Shown here piece after piece: positions 10,057 to 19,147 of a DNA stretch of 64,000 bases; position 1 is the first letter of the stretch; each line of letters begins with the position of its first letter. The position numbers and the translations under genes are program-made. The notes beneath the pieces were generated by a model. It did no database searches and had not been told where the DNA came from. It saw only the letters and a program-made list of their open reading frames with translations. Source of the stretch: a virus (taxonomy: Duplodnaviria; Caudoviricetes); IMG/VR virus record IMGVR_UViG_3300031867_000031, positions 18,332 through 82,331 of that record; one strand, 5' to 3'.

Positions 10057-11793
10057 ATGGCAACAGCATACGGTGGATATTACACTGGGGCGGGTTATAA
10101 TGCGTTCCGTGCGAGGATGGACTATTCGACCTCCGCTAGTACCGATACATCTGCGACTATTCAGGTAGTCGTTAAGTGTCAGATGGGTAGCGGTCATGAC
10201 TCGGGCGGCAACTTCAGGGGAACCGCCAACATCAACGGAAGTACAAGTTCGTGGACTGGCAGTAGCTACTACTCAGCTGGCGGAACGTACACGATGGGCA
10301 CCAAGACGCTGTCCATTACAAAGACACATTCTGCGCAATCCATTACAGTCAAGGCGACAGTCACGTCCACCTATGCATGGAGTGGTCACAGCTCCACGGC
10401 ATCTGCAACGGTATCTGTACCTGCAAAGAAAAGTTATAACATAACCTACAACGCCAATACAGGTAGCGGCGAACCAGGTTCTCAGACCAAATGGTATGGC
10501 GAGACGCTGAAGCTCTCGACGACGGTTCCGAAGCTTGACGGCTACGACTTCATGGGTTGGTCTATTACACAGAGCTCTCCTGGGTCGGGTGAAGTAAAGT
10601 ACGCGGCAGGAGGCAGCTACGAAGATAATGCGGCGGCTACTCTTTACGCTGTCTGGAAGCGTGCTTATATTCCTCCGAAAATCAGCGCACTTTCCGTCTA
10701 CCGCGCATCCGACACGATTGGAACGGCATCGGATGAGGGTAAATACTGCTATGTCAAATGCACGTGGTCGGTTGATATATCGCTAACTAGCGGCAATAAA
10801 GGTAAGACGCTCCTCATAGAGTATAAGGCCGCATCTGAAACATTGTGGACCTCCGCGAAGTCGGTATCTCTCACGAAAGCATCAGACACCACCCAGACGA
10901 CAGCACTCAATACAGCCAGCTTTGAAACGGGTACAACATATCATATTCGAGTGACGGTTAGCGATACATCTGGCCAGACGGGTAACACAGCTTCCGCTAC
11001 ATCGACATTGTCTCCGGCATTTTATACGCTAGATTTTGGTAACCAAGGTCATAACATAGGAATTGGACATGCGGCCGATTTGGATTACGGCGTTGACGTG
11101 GGCATCAAACTACGTTGCGATAATGTGAACTTTGAGATTTTGGACTCTGATATTCCTCCAGCCGGCACAGATCCAAGCGGTGATGTAACTGTTTGGGGTA
11201 ATGGTCTCTACATGTATCCATCGATTGCGGCCGGAGAAACTGATCAAGAATTAGCCGTTGGTTATATTCGAGCCATGCATCGTGGCGATGGCTCTTGGAA
11301 TCCTCGAGCTCGTGGCATTCAGATAGAGGCCCAACGAGGAACCGGAACCAATCGAAAAACCAACGCGCTGAATCTTCTTTTGGATAATAGCGGAAACGCC
11401 ACGGTAGAGATGACGCAGGCGGCTGCTTGGAGAAAAGCATTAGGCGAAACCGATTGGGCGAATCTACCTCTTGAAAGCAACGCACAGTCATATTCTGATT
11501 CTTGGCTGCCTAAATACAAACGTCACGTTGGCAGTCTTGTTACCATACGAGGTGCTGTTAAACCAAAATCACAAGTGGCCGCTGGCAGCAATTTTTTAAT
11601 TGGCATATTGCCAACCGGATTCAGACCTAGTTTGCAGTGTAACACTATTTGCCAGGGTTCTGGCGGTGCGATATTCTTGTTGGCTGTTTATGAAGACGGC
11701 AAAGTTCAGTGCGAACGTTATCGTAACGGCTCTACTAATGCCGCCATCCCAACGTCAGCATGGGTTTCGTTCTCATTCACGTTTGCTTTGTAA
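10057..11793 (+). CDS. Tail fibre/receptor-binding protein with an InlB B-repeat-like domain
   Basis: YNITYNANTGSG...P..DGYDFMGWS...TLYAVW is a B-repeat signature; the C-terminal WANL...VTIRG...IGILPTGFRP module is common at phage fibre tips. Confidence 0.7.
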   Translation: MATAYGGYYTGAGYNAFRARMDYSTSASTDTSATIQVVVKCQMGSGHDSGGNFRGTANINGSTSSWTGSSYYSAGGTYTMGTKTLSITKTHSAQSITVKATVTSTYAWSGHSSTASATVSVPAKKSYNITYNANTGSGEPGSQTKWYGETLKLSTTVPKLDGYDFMGWSITQSSPGSGEVKYAAGGSYEDNAAATLYAVWKRAYIPPKISALSVYRASDTIGTASDEGKYCYVKCTWSVDISLTSGNKGKTLLIEYKAASETLWTSAKSVSLTKASDTTQTTALNTASFETGTTYHIRVTVSDTSGQTGNTASATSTLSPAFYTLDFGNQGHNIGIGHAADLDYGVDVGIKLRCDNVNFEILDSDIPPAGTDPSGDVTVWGNGLYMYPSIAAGETDQELAVGYIRAMHRGDGSWNPRARGIQIEAQRGTGTNRKTNALNLLLDNSGNATVEMTQAAAWRKALGETDWANLPLESNAQSYSDSWLPKYKRHVGSLVTIRGAVKPKSQVAAGSNFLIGILPTGFRPSLQCNTICQGSGGAIFLLAVYEDGKVQCERYRNGSTNAAIPTSAWVSFSFTFAL

Positions 11794-11803
11794 GGAGGAT
11801 ATT

Positions 11804-12415
11804 TTGGAAACACTAATCCGTAAGGTCATGATGCCAGATGGTGTGGTCCGTAACGAGCACCGTATTACCTGCATCACAAGCCGAATTGACCAAGATACGG
11901 TTATTGATGTCGAGAGTTCCGGCGAAAACGTGTCAGGCTATATTACCAAACTTATCATTTCTCCTTATGAGGGTATTTTAACCGAGGAGCAGGCCTTTGA
12001 TATTTTAAAAAATGATCCGTTATTCTTAGAGTGGATCGACCCGGTTCAGGATGCTCTCGATGAGTTGCTCCCAATCCTAACCGACGAGCAGGCCGAGATG
12101 GTTACCAACATGTACCCCGAGTGGGCTGTTGATATTTCCTACACGGCCGGTGAGCGTATTCAGTATAACTCGAAGCTTTACCGTTGCGTGCAGGCGCATA
12201 CCTCGCAGGAGGGTTGGGAGCCGCCTATTACTCCTGCTCTGTGGACTCGTACGGCACCGGAGGGTGATATTCCAGAATGGATTCAGCCGACTGGCGCTCA
12301 GGACGCATATAACAAGGGTGACAAGGTAAAGCATAACGATTCGACTTGGATTTCAGACGTCGATGCGAATGTCTGGGAACCCGGTATCTATGGATGGACG
12401 GCTAGCAATGAGTAA
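11804..12415 (+). CDS. Tail-associated protein with CBM5/12-like carbohydrate-binding domains
   Basis: TTG start after AGGAGG; YTAGERIQYNSKLYRCVQAHTSQEGWEP and YNKGDKVKHNDSTWISDVDANVWEPG motifs. Confidence 0.7.
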   Translation: METLIRKVMMPDGVVRNEHRITCITSRIDQDTVIDVESSGENVSGYITKLIISPYEGILTEEQAFDILKNDPLFLEWIDPVQDALDELLPILTDEQAEMVTNMYPEWAVDISYTAGERIQYNSKLYRCVQAHTSQEGWEPPITPALWTRTAPEGDIPEWIQPTGAQDAYNKGDKVKHNDSTWISDVDANVWEPGIYGWTASNE

Positions 12416-13097
12416 TTCTCGTGATGCAATTGTGGCATATTGCCGCAGGAACCTTGGCTGTTCTTATAGCTATACTCCGTCTGGCGGTGTTGAAGGACGA
12501 TCCTATAATTGTTCCTACCTAAGCACTTGCGCATACAAGGCTGCTGGTCTGACCATTCCTGGTTGGCAGGGTCATCAAAATGGTGATGGTTCACAGTCAG
12601 ATTGGGTTTATCGCAACGGCCATTGGACCACTGATAAATCCAAACTAAAGCCGGGCGATTTGGTCTTCTTTGGAACAAGTCGCACTAATACCGGTCATGT
12701 TGGAGTGGTTAGCAGGTCAGGCACAGTTCCTTATATTATCGACAGCACGCCAAGTCGAGGAGTAGCAGAGCGTCTGCTCCCCACTGGTGCAGGCTTTGTT
12801 GGAGGAGGATGGCCGCTTGCTAATCTTCCTGCGGACAGTACAAAAACGGAGGGATTCACTGTGAATAAGACAGTTACCGTTCGTAGCGATTTTCTGCGAG
12901 TCCGAGATGCCCCTTCTATTAAGACGGGCAAAGTCGTCATGAGTGGTGGCAAAGAGGTTCACTATGCTAAGGGCGATACCGTAACGATTGATTCTATCAT
13001 AATCGGAGACGATGGTTATGCATGGGGGCACTACATCGGAGCTTCTAGTAAGAAAGACCGATACATTGCATTAGGAATCCTCGAAAACGCTCGATAA
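12408..13097 (+). CDS. Endolysin, NlpC/P60 peptidase plus C-terminal SH3b domain
   Basis: YNCS (catalytic Cys), LKPGDLVFFG, GHVGVV; C-terminal LRVRDAPS...DGYAWGHYIGASSKKDRYIA is SH3b-like. Confidence 0.85.
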   Translation: MSNSRDAIVAYCRRNLGCSYSYTPSGGVEGRSYNCSYLSTCAYKAAGLTIPGWQGHQNGDGSQSDWVYRNGHWTTDKSKLKPGDLVFFGTSRTNTGHVGVVSRSGTVPYIIDSTPSRGVAERLLPTGAGFVGGGWPLANLPADSTKTEGFTVNKTVTVRSDFLRVRDAPSIKTGKVVMSGGKEVHYAKGDTVTIDSIIIGDDGYAWGHYIGASSKKDRYIALGILENAR

Positions 13098-13127
13098 ATT
13101 AGTTTCCGTCTAATCTGGTGTTGTGAG

Positions 13128-13295
13128 ATGCGGTTTAAACCACTTCCAAAAGACCAATGCCCTGCCTGTGGATCATATATGTATATTCCGCAAGGGTCCA
13201 TAAGATCAACTCGCGACGGAGCTTATTTCGATTTGGTTTGTACAAATTGCACATTACGTCTTTCTAGCTATAAACCAAAGAAGAAAAAGCGTTAG
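13128..13295 (+). CDS. Small zinc-ribbon protein (55 aa, below ORF-track cutoff)
   Basis: Translated by hand: MRFKPLPKDQCPACGSYMYIP...LVCTNCTLRLSSYKPKKKKR; two CxxC pairs. Confidence 0.6.
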   Translation: MRFKPLPKDQCPACGSYMYIPQGSIRSTRDGAYFDLVCTNCTLRLSSYKPKKKKR

Positions 13296-13443
13296 AGAGG
13301 GGTAGATTTGCTGTGGGAGGTTTTCATGAGCGCTCGGGACTTAGGCGAAAACCACAATCTGGGAATGGTGGGGTTCTTAGATTTTTCTGATGCATTCAAA
13401 ATGGAAGTCTTTTTAAACGTTTAACGCAAAATTTTCCCAGGGG

Positions 13444-13629
13444 ATGATTTCGAAGATGCAAGTTGAAATCGAGGAGGTTAAAGCTACAAAAACACGTGAT
13501 GTACATCATGTGCGTTTTGAGAACAAGACCGATTATCAAAAAGCAAAATGGATGCTTTCTCGAATTCCTATTACATATGCGGTCAACGACTTCACTCATA
13601 CTTTATATTTTCTCGGAAAGAAGTTTTAG
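13444..13629 (+). CDS. Hypothetical protein
   Basis: 61-aa ORF, co-oriented, abuts the next gene. Confidence 0.5.
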   Translation: MISKMQVEIEEVKATKTRDVHHVRFENKTDYQKAKWMLSRIPITYAVNDFTHTLYFLGKKF

Positions 13630-13638
13630 GAGGTCAAC

Positions 13639-13869
13639 ATGTCTCGCAGTCGAAAAAAGCATCCACTTATTCAATGCTGCGGTGACAAGAGCTTAAAGAA
13701 ATTATTCAATCGTCGTTTTCGACGCAAGAAAGATCTCGATTTCCCTTCTTACGGAGCTTATCGTAAAGCGAATAATTCTTGGGAAATTTGTGACACTCTT
13801 ATGGGTTATTTTAATGTTGAACTAATACCCTTTACAGAAGAGCGTAAGTATTGGTATTCGATGAAGTAA
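13639..13869 (+). CDS. Small basic phage protein
   Basis: AGGAGG RBS; MSRSRKKHP...KKLFNRRFRR...SWEICD. Confidence 0.6.
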   Translation: MSRSRKKHPLIQCCGDKSLKKLFNRRFRRKKDLDFPSYGAYRKANNSWEICDTLMGYFNVELIPFTEERKYWYSMK

Positions 13870-13922
13870 TGCATTATGCTCTTTAGTTTTACAACACGTT
13901 TATATTTTAGGAGCTGATAATA

Positions 13923-14327
13923 GTGCTTATTCTGACTAATGATACTAGCTTAACGCTTGGGCCTAATCAGTCCGTTACTTTTAACTTAGAAATCCTGCAT
14001 ACGGGTTGTGCGGAGTGCCATCGTATCAGTTCTGGTGCTGTTACCCTTCGTATGCAGCAGGCAATCTATGATATTTTCTTTAAGGCGAATATTGGTTCTA
14101 CGACAGCTGGCGATGCAGCACAGCTTACTATGTTCCTGAATGGTTCGCCCATGACGGAGACGACTATGGTATCTACCACCGATGCTGTCGGCGATGTAAA
14201 TAATGTAGCGTGTGAGACTGGGGTGCATACGTGCTGTTGCGGTCCCGAGACGCTTACAATTGTGAATAATGGTGAGACGACGGTTGTAGTTGAGCAGCCT
14301 CTTCTGAAGATTAAGAGGGTTGCTTAA
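13923..14327 (+). CDS. BclA-C/C1q-like beta-sandwich protein (putative)
   Basis: All-beta pattern with SVTFN...HTGCAECH...IYDIFFKANI...LTIVNNG; fold assignment is inference. Confidence 0.45.
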   Translation: MLILTNDTSLTLGPNQSVTFNLEILHTGCAECHRISSGAVTLRMQQAIYDIFFKANIGSTTAGDAAQLTMFLNGSPMTETTMVSTTDAVGDVNNVACETGVHTCCCGPETLTIVNNGETTVVVEQPLLKIKRVA

Positions 14328-14329
14328 AC

Positions 14330-14680
14330 ATGATGATTAATTTACCCGCCGGATTGATATTTCAGACCATTCTTACTGGCACGGTTGGATGGTTGGTTAA
14401 ACTTGTATTAGACACACTTAAAAGTTATAGCGACGAGAGTAAGGCTTGGCGCAAAAAGATGGATGAAAAAATGGATGGGATTGGAGATGCCACTCAGGCA
14501 ACCATGCGTACCACCATTCTTCATTATTGCGAAAAGTATATTACTCGTAAGTGGATTACCTCAGAAGAGCTTAGTTCGCTCATGGATATGCATAAAAAGT
14601 ATACCGTCATAAATCCTAAGAACGGTTTTATAGATTCATATGTTGAACGCGTCAAGCAACTCGAGATTCGGGAAGTTTAG
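14330..14680 (+). CDS. Lysis-region membrane protein (N-terminal TM plus coiled coil)
   Basis: N-terminal hydrophobic helix; TILHYCEKYITRKWIT..E...NG pattern often seen next to phage lysis genes. Confidence 0.5.
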   Translation: MMINLPAGLIFQTILTGTVGWLVKLVLDTLKSYSDESKAWRKKMDEKMDGIGDATQATMRTTILHYCEKYITRKWITSEELSSLMDMHKKYTVINPKNGFIDSYVERVKQLEIREV

Positions 14681-14694
14681 GAAAGGATATTTTT

Positions 14695-15132
14695 ATGGCT
14701 GAGGTTGACGAGAAAAAGATTGTTGTTAAGGCGCCTATTCACCCCCATTATGCTATCAAGAATTCAGATGGTTGGGGTGCTGAAATGCTCGGTGTTGAGG
14801 CTATGGATGGTAGTGATATCGGGTATGCTGGTATTTTAGGTCTTCCCATTATTAATTTTACCATCGAAGCTGCTGATATTCTAAAGGCGCGCGTTCGCAA
14901 TAAGCGTGGTAAGTGGCTTCCTTATAAAACTGGTTTTGGTATGAACAAGGCCGAGGCTCTTGGCGATGATACACCCATTACTGGCATTGAGATTATCGGA
15001 GCAGGTTTTATATTTAGTATTCATGCTAAAGGCGGTTCTTGGTTACCGGTTATGAAGACAAGCGATACTGAGGGCACTACTTTAGCTGTTGCTGGTTCAT
15101 CTATTGACGCTATTTGGATTGATAAGGTTTAA
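14695..15132 (+). CDS. Stand-alone cell-wall-binding-like protein (ChW-like repeats)
   Basis: Two repeats of the type YAG..G.PI...I...RVR...GKWLP / SIHAKGGSWLP...AG.SIDAI, resembling amidase C-terminal repeats. Confidence 0.4.
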   Translation: MAEVDEKKIVVKAPIHPHYAIKNSDGWGAEMLGVEAMDGSDIGYAGILGLPIINFTIEAADILKARVRNKRGKWLPYKTGFGMNKAEALGDDTPITGIEIIGAGFIFSIHAKGGSWLPVMKTSDTEGTTLAVAGSSIDAIWIDKV

Positions 15133-15160
15133 AAATTAATTTATTAAAAAGGATTCTATC

Positions 15161-15334
15161 ATGATTATTAACATAGGTGAACTTATTAATAAACGTGGAA
15201 ATGGTAATCGTCGTTCTCGCAAGAAGATAGACATTATAGACAATCGTCCTAGTTCAGCATCTATTGAAGAAGCTAAAGCTAAGGTGCAGGAAATTATTGA
15301 ACGAGGTAAAAAGAAGCGCGATGCCGATGTTTGA
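15161..15334 (+). CDS. Small basic hypothetical protein (57 aa)
   Basis: Hand-translated MIINIGELINKRGNGNRRSRKK...; AAGGA RBS. Confidence 0.45.
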   Translation: MIINIGELINKRGNGNRRSRKKIDIIDNRPSSASIEEAKAKVQEIIERGKKKRDADV

Positions 15335-15553
15335 AGACGCAGCAATTAATTTATGTAGAATAATAGGCATTATAATAGCTGTATGCTGTTTTGGATTAAT
15401 ACTATACAACGACTATTAATAAAATTCAAAATGGAACCCAAAGTTCTATAAATTTTATTATGGAGCTTTGGGTTTCTCTTTTATTTTTATAAAGCCTGAA
15501 TTTTTCCGTCAGGATTTTTCAGAAAACAAAACCAATTTAGGAGTTGATATTTT

Positions 15554-15760
15554 ATGATTCTTAGTAACAAATATTATGATCTTCTTAAGTGGATTGCACT
15601 TATTGTTCTTCCCGCTCTCGGTACTTTATATTTTGGGCTTGCCAGGATTTGGGGACTCCCGTTCGGTGAGGAAATTGTTGGTACTATTACCGTTATCGAT
15701 ACGTTTCTTGGCGCGCTTCTTGGCGTTAGTACTAATAATTATTATAAGCAGAATGAGTAA
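15554..15760 (+). CDS. Holin, Dp-1 family
   Basis: MILSNKYYDLLKWIALIVLPALGTLY..L..IWGLP..EEIVGTITVIDTFLGALLGVST; two TM helices. Confidence 0.85.
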   Translation: MILSNKYYDLLKWIALIVLPALGTLYFGLARIWGLPFGEEIVGTITVIDTFLGALLGVSTNNYYKQNE

Positions 15761-15781
15761 TTCCAACATGGGAGGTCAATA

Positions 15782-16780
15782 ATGGAGTATTTACCCTCCT
15801 ATAAGGATGATTTATATTTAGCTCACCATGGTATTCTTGGCCAAAAGTGGGGTGTTAGACGATTTCAAAACTCAGATGGTTCTTTAACCCGTGCTGGCAG
15901 AGCTCGATACGGCAATTCAGAAAATAGTACTAAATCCAATAACAAACTTAAAACTGCTGCAAAAGTTGCTGGCGCGGCTACGGCTGTTGGTTTAGCCGGA
16001 ATGGGTGCGTACGCAATATCTAAGAGTGGCATGCCGGTTGGCGGAGTACATAATATTTCTGAATTGCGTAAACCTGGTTTACCAATTTTAACTCAACGTG
16101 ACAGTTCCATGGCTACTGCTGCTATAAAAGTTAACCCGAATGCCAAAAGCGGAAATGATGCATATTTGTTTAATTGTACTCATTGCTCAGTTGCATATGA
16201 TCTTCGTAGACGAGGTTATGATGTTGAAGCTGGACCAGGCCATGTGCATCTAGAGCGTTTTATGCGAAAAGCATATGCTGGAGCAGAATACCATACTATT
16301 CCGGGTATAAGTTCTGGTGGAGGAGCTGCGGCTAAAGATAGAGAGCTTAGTATTAAAAATCTTCGTACTAATCTACGAATGCAAAAACAAGCTCAAAAAC
16401 AAGCCATCGATGATCCCCAAGGTTTTGCTAGAGATCAAAGACGGATGACTGACAATATTCTTAAACAATGTGAGGATATGGGTCCTGGAGCTAGAGGAGC
16501 TATTAATCTTACTCTTGCTAACGGTATGGGTCATTGTATTGCTTTTGAATGCGACGAAAAAGGTCAGGCGCATCTTATTGATTCGCAGCTAATTGCTACA
16601 ACTACTGGAATACTTGGAATGGGTGGTGCGCATGGCACCAGAGGTTCCTCATATGTTGATGATTTTATAGCTAAAAGCATACTTCCATGTATGCCAGTTA
16701 GTGTAACGCGGTATGATAATGCAGAACCGAACATTGAGTTTTTAAAGAAGAAACGAATAGTAGTACCAAGTGAAGGTTAG
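15782..16780 (+). CDS. HHG..WG-leader (DUF7211-like) protein with C-terminal papain-fold toxin domain (Tox-PL-like)
   Basis: Leader YLAHHGILGQKWGVRRFQN; NCTHCSVAYDLRRRGYDVEA, GHCIAFE and LIDSQ give a Cys-His-Asp triad. Confidence 0.75.
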   Translation: MEYLPSYKDDLYLAHHGILGQKWGVRRFQNSDGSLTRAGRARYGNSENSTKSNNKLKTAAKVAGAATAVGLAGMGAYAISKSGMPVGGVHNISELRKPGLPILTQRDSSMATAAIKVNPNAKSGNDAYLFNCTHCSVAYDLRRRGYDVEAGPGHVHLERFMRKAYAGAEYHTIPGISSGGGAAAKDRELSIKNLRTNLRMQKQAQKQAIDDPQGFARDQRRMTDNILKQCEDMGPGARGAINLTLANGMGHCIAFECDEKGQAHLIDSQLIATTTGILGMGGAHGTRGSSYVDDFIAKSILPCMPVSVTRYDNAEPNIEFLKKKRIVVPSEG

Positions 16781-16794
16781 TGAGGTGAATATTA

Positions 16795-17037
16795 ATGTCT
16801 CCGGATCGTGCGATAAAAATTGCTGAAAATAAATTGCATATGGTCTGTACTGGTTTTGGATATGAATACGAAGGCGATTACTATTTAGAAATGGCTCCAC
16901 AGAATTATAATCCGAACAAAGATGGTGCAATTTCTGATTCTTGTTATAAAGTTGATTCTGTTACGGCAAAAGTGACGCCATATAGTCCGGCGGTAAATGG
17001 TATACAAGATATTAGAAAGATGCACTTTTTTAATTAA
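16795..17037 (+). CDS. Putative immunity protein for the upstream papain-fold toxin
   Basis: 80 aa, starts 14 nt after the toxin stop; helix-then-strands pattern (AIKIAENKL...YYLEM...CYKVDSVTAKV); assignment is by position. Confidence 0.5.
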   Translation: MSPDRAIKIAENKLHMVCTGFGYEYEGDYYLEMAPQNYNPNKDGAISDSCYKVDSVTAKVTPYSPAVNGIQDIRKMHFFN

Positions 17038-17049
17038 ACGGTGGTAGCC

Positions 17050-17691
17050 ATGTATGAAATGAATGATTTATTTTTAATGCATCATGGAATCAAGGGTCAG
17101 AAATGGGGTGTAAGAAGATTTCAAAATCCTGATGGCTCTTTAACTAAAGCAGGAACTAAAAGATATCGACAGGAACGTCGATCATTGAGACGAGATATTC
17201 GAAAAATACAAAGATCTAACTATTTAAAAACTGGTAGCATTGACGGCAAATACGCTAGTAAAGTGAATAAAAAAATAAGCACGGCTCAACGCAATGACAA
17301 AGAATACCAGAGACTTAGTAGGAAAGTTACGCAAGCAGAAAACGAAGCTTCAGCTGCTTCAAACTTAAGAGATAGAGCATCAGAACATAATATGGACATT
17401 GCGGAATATGAGTATGATAAAGCATATTCCAGATTAAATACAGCACTTACTGAAAAAGAAGCACGAGGTAAACAAATAGCAGATCGATATTTAAACGAAT
17501 ATCATAATGCTAAAATTAAAGATCTAGGTTTTAGTGATGTTGAACAAGGTAGAAAATATTTTGAACACTATAATTTATTAAACGTTGTTTATACTGATTC
17601 GAATGCTGGCTCTAGGAATGCTAATAGAGCAATAGATGCCATACGTGACAGTGCGAAAATAGCCAATGCATATCGCAAAGCTCATAGCTAA
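17050..17691 (+). CDS. HHG..WG-leader protein with helical C-terminal region
   Basis: FLMHHGIKGQKWGVRRFQNPDGSLT; ATG at 17050 after GGTGGT. Confidence 0.7.
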   Translation: MYEMNDLFLMHHGIKGQKWGVRRFQNPDGSLTKAGTKRYRQERRSLRRDIRKIQRSNYLKTGSIDGKYASKVNKKISTAQRNDKEYQRLSRKVTQAENEASAASNLRDRASEHNMDIAEYEYDKAYSRLNTALTEKEARGKQIADRYLNEYHNAKIKDLGFSDVEQGRKYFEHYNLLNVVYTDSNAGSRNANRAIDAIRDSAKIANAYRKAHS

Positions 17692-17707
17692 TTAAAAGGT
17701 GGTAGCT

Positions 17708-18760
17708 ATGGACGAAACAAGTGATTTATTTTTAATGCATCACGGAATTAAAGGTATGAAGTGGGGAGTGCGTAGATTCGAGGATGCAAATGGCCATCTT
17801 ACGCCTGCCGGTAAGCGTCGATATGGTATACAAGATGCTCGCAAATATTATAAAATTAATAGACTTCAGCGAATGAGTGAGCGAAGCGATAATCCTAGAA
17901 TAAAGAATTTACTTTCTGGAGAAATTCGTCGAACGCAAACTCGTTCTGATAGAAAACACGCCGATTTAAACAAACAAGATATTAATGCCGGTAGAGAAAT
18001 TGTCGCGAAGCACAGACTTAAATGGGCGGGAGTTAATACTGCTGCTAAAGCCGCATTAACAGCTGCTGGATCTGCGTATTTATATTCTAATCCTAATACT
18101 AGAGCACTTGCTCCTGTTGCATTAGCTGGTGGAGCGGCATTAACTTATGGCAGTGCTAAAAAAGTGCCATATTACTTTATGGAAAATCGTCGCTATAAGC
18201 AAGTTAATCCAAAAAATGTTACAACAAAAGGATTGACTAAAAAGCAACAGGCACTCCGTAAAGCTGGAAAAATTGCATTAGGAGTTGGAGCAACAGCAGC
18301 CGTAGCCGGAACAAGCGCATATTTACTTAGTAAAGCTGCTAGAAATAACGCTAATAACAATACACCTAAAAAAGCGAGTGTTGCTACACAAGCCGTTTAT
18401 GATGCTAATAAACAGTATACTAAATCTAAAGCACAAGAAGCTGCTAAAGCATCAACCAAAAATGCTGTTAGAAATGGTGTATCTCAAGCTGGTCGAACTG
18501 TTAGAAATGTAGTAGGAAATGCCGCTCGAGCAGGTGTTCGAACTGTTAGAAATGCCGTGGTTAGTCGAGTTACACGAGATTTCGATCCAGATGATCCTAG
18601 TACATATGCTACGGCTATTCGAAATGGTCGAGACATATATAATAATATTAATAGTATTCGAACTAACGGTGCTCCGGCAGTGATTAGTATGGCGACACAA
18701 GCAACAATTGATGCGACTAACGATTTAATTGAGCGTTATAGAAATCGTCGAATGTCTTAG
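17708..18760 (+). CDS. HHG..WG-leader protein with Gly/Ala-rich hydrophobic helices
   Basis: FLMHHGIKGMKWGVRRFED; hydrophobic segments AAKAALTAAGSAYLY, VALAGGAALTYG and IALGVGATAAVAGTSAYLL. Confidence 0.7.
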   Translation: MDETSDLFLMHHGIKGMKWGVRRFEDANGHLTPAGKRRYGIQDARKYYKINRLQRMSERSDNPRIKNLLSGEIRRTQTRSDRKHADLNKQDINAGREIVAKHRLKWAGVNTAAKAALTAAGSAYLYSNPNTRALAPVALAGGAALTYGSAKKVPYYFMENRRYKQVNPKNVTTKGLTKKQQALRKAGKIALGVGATAAVAGTSAYLLSKAARNNANNNTPKKASVATQAVYDANKQYTKSKAQEAAKASTKNAVRNGVSQAGRTVRNVVGNAARAGVRTVRNAVVSRVTRDFDPDDPSTYATAIRNGRDIYNNINSIRTNGAPAVISMATQATIDATNDLIERYRNRRMS

Positions 18761-18771
18761 GAGATATTACT

Positions 18772-19065
18772 ATGAGTGATTTATACGGCGAAATGACTGA
18801 TGAAAAGTTTAATAAACTTGCTACTACTACCATTGCTAATTGGTGGAATAATCAGGATGAACTTGTTGACATATTCGGTTCAATTTCTCCAGATGAAGTG
18901 TATACTACATGGAAATGTAAAGCTATTGAGAATTTTAAAGGTTTATTCGGTGTTCCCCGCGATGGTGATGGTTTATATTTCGAGTTTACATTCCATGGTA
19001 AGAAAAACTGCTGTTATCTCGACGTTTATAAAAAGCAAACTCAAATAATTGTCGATCTTAATTAA
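18772..19065 (+). CDS. DUF6275-like phage protein
   Basis: VYTTWKCKAIENFKGL...DGLYFEFTFHGKKNCCYLDVYKK; family name from memory. Confidence 0.6.
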   Translation: MSDLYGEMTDEKFNKLATTTIANWWNNQDELVDIFGSISPDEVYTTWKCKAIENFKGLFGVPRDGDGLYFEFTFHGKKNCCYLDVYKKQTQIIVDLN

Positions 19066-19147
19066 AAATAGAATACAGTCCGCATAAAATACCTTTCCTA
19101 CATTGAGAGATACAAGAGGTGTGTCTCATATTTTGAAAGGAGAAAAG

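Noticed and set aside
2830-10444. Long antisense and alternative-frame ORFs inside the tail fibre genes (for example 2830-3450, 4828-5364, 4881-5312, 7909-8628 on the minus strand)
   Set aside because: Shadows of the GC-rich, Thr/Ala-biased sense frame; no RBS and no recognisable motifs.
2803-11793. Diversity-generating retroelement targeting the fibres
   Set aside because: No reverse transcriptase and no template/variable repeat pair differing at adenines was seen.
11600-11803. N-terminal extension of the CBM5/12 gene given by the ORF track
   Set aside because: Overlaps the upstream fibre gene by about 190 nt; AGGAGG supports the TTG at 11804.
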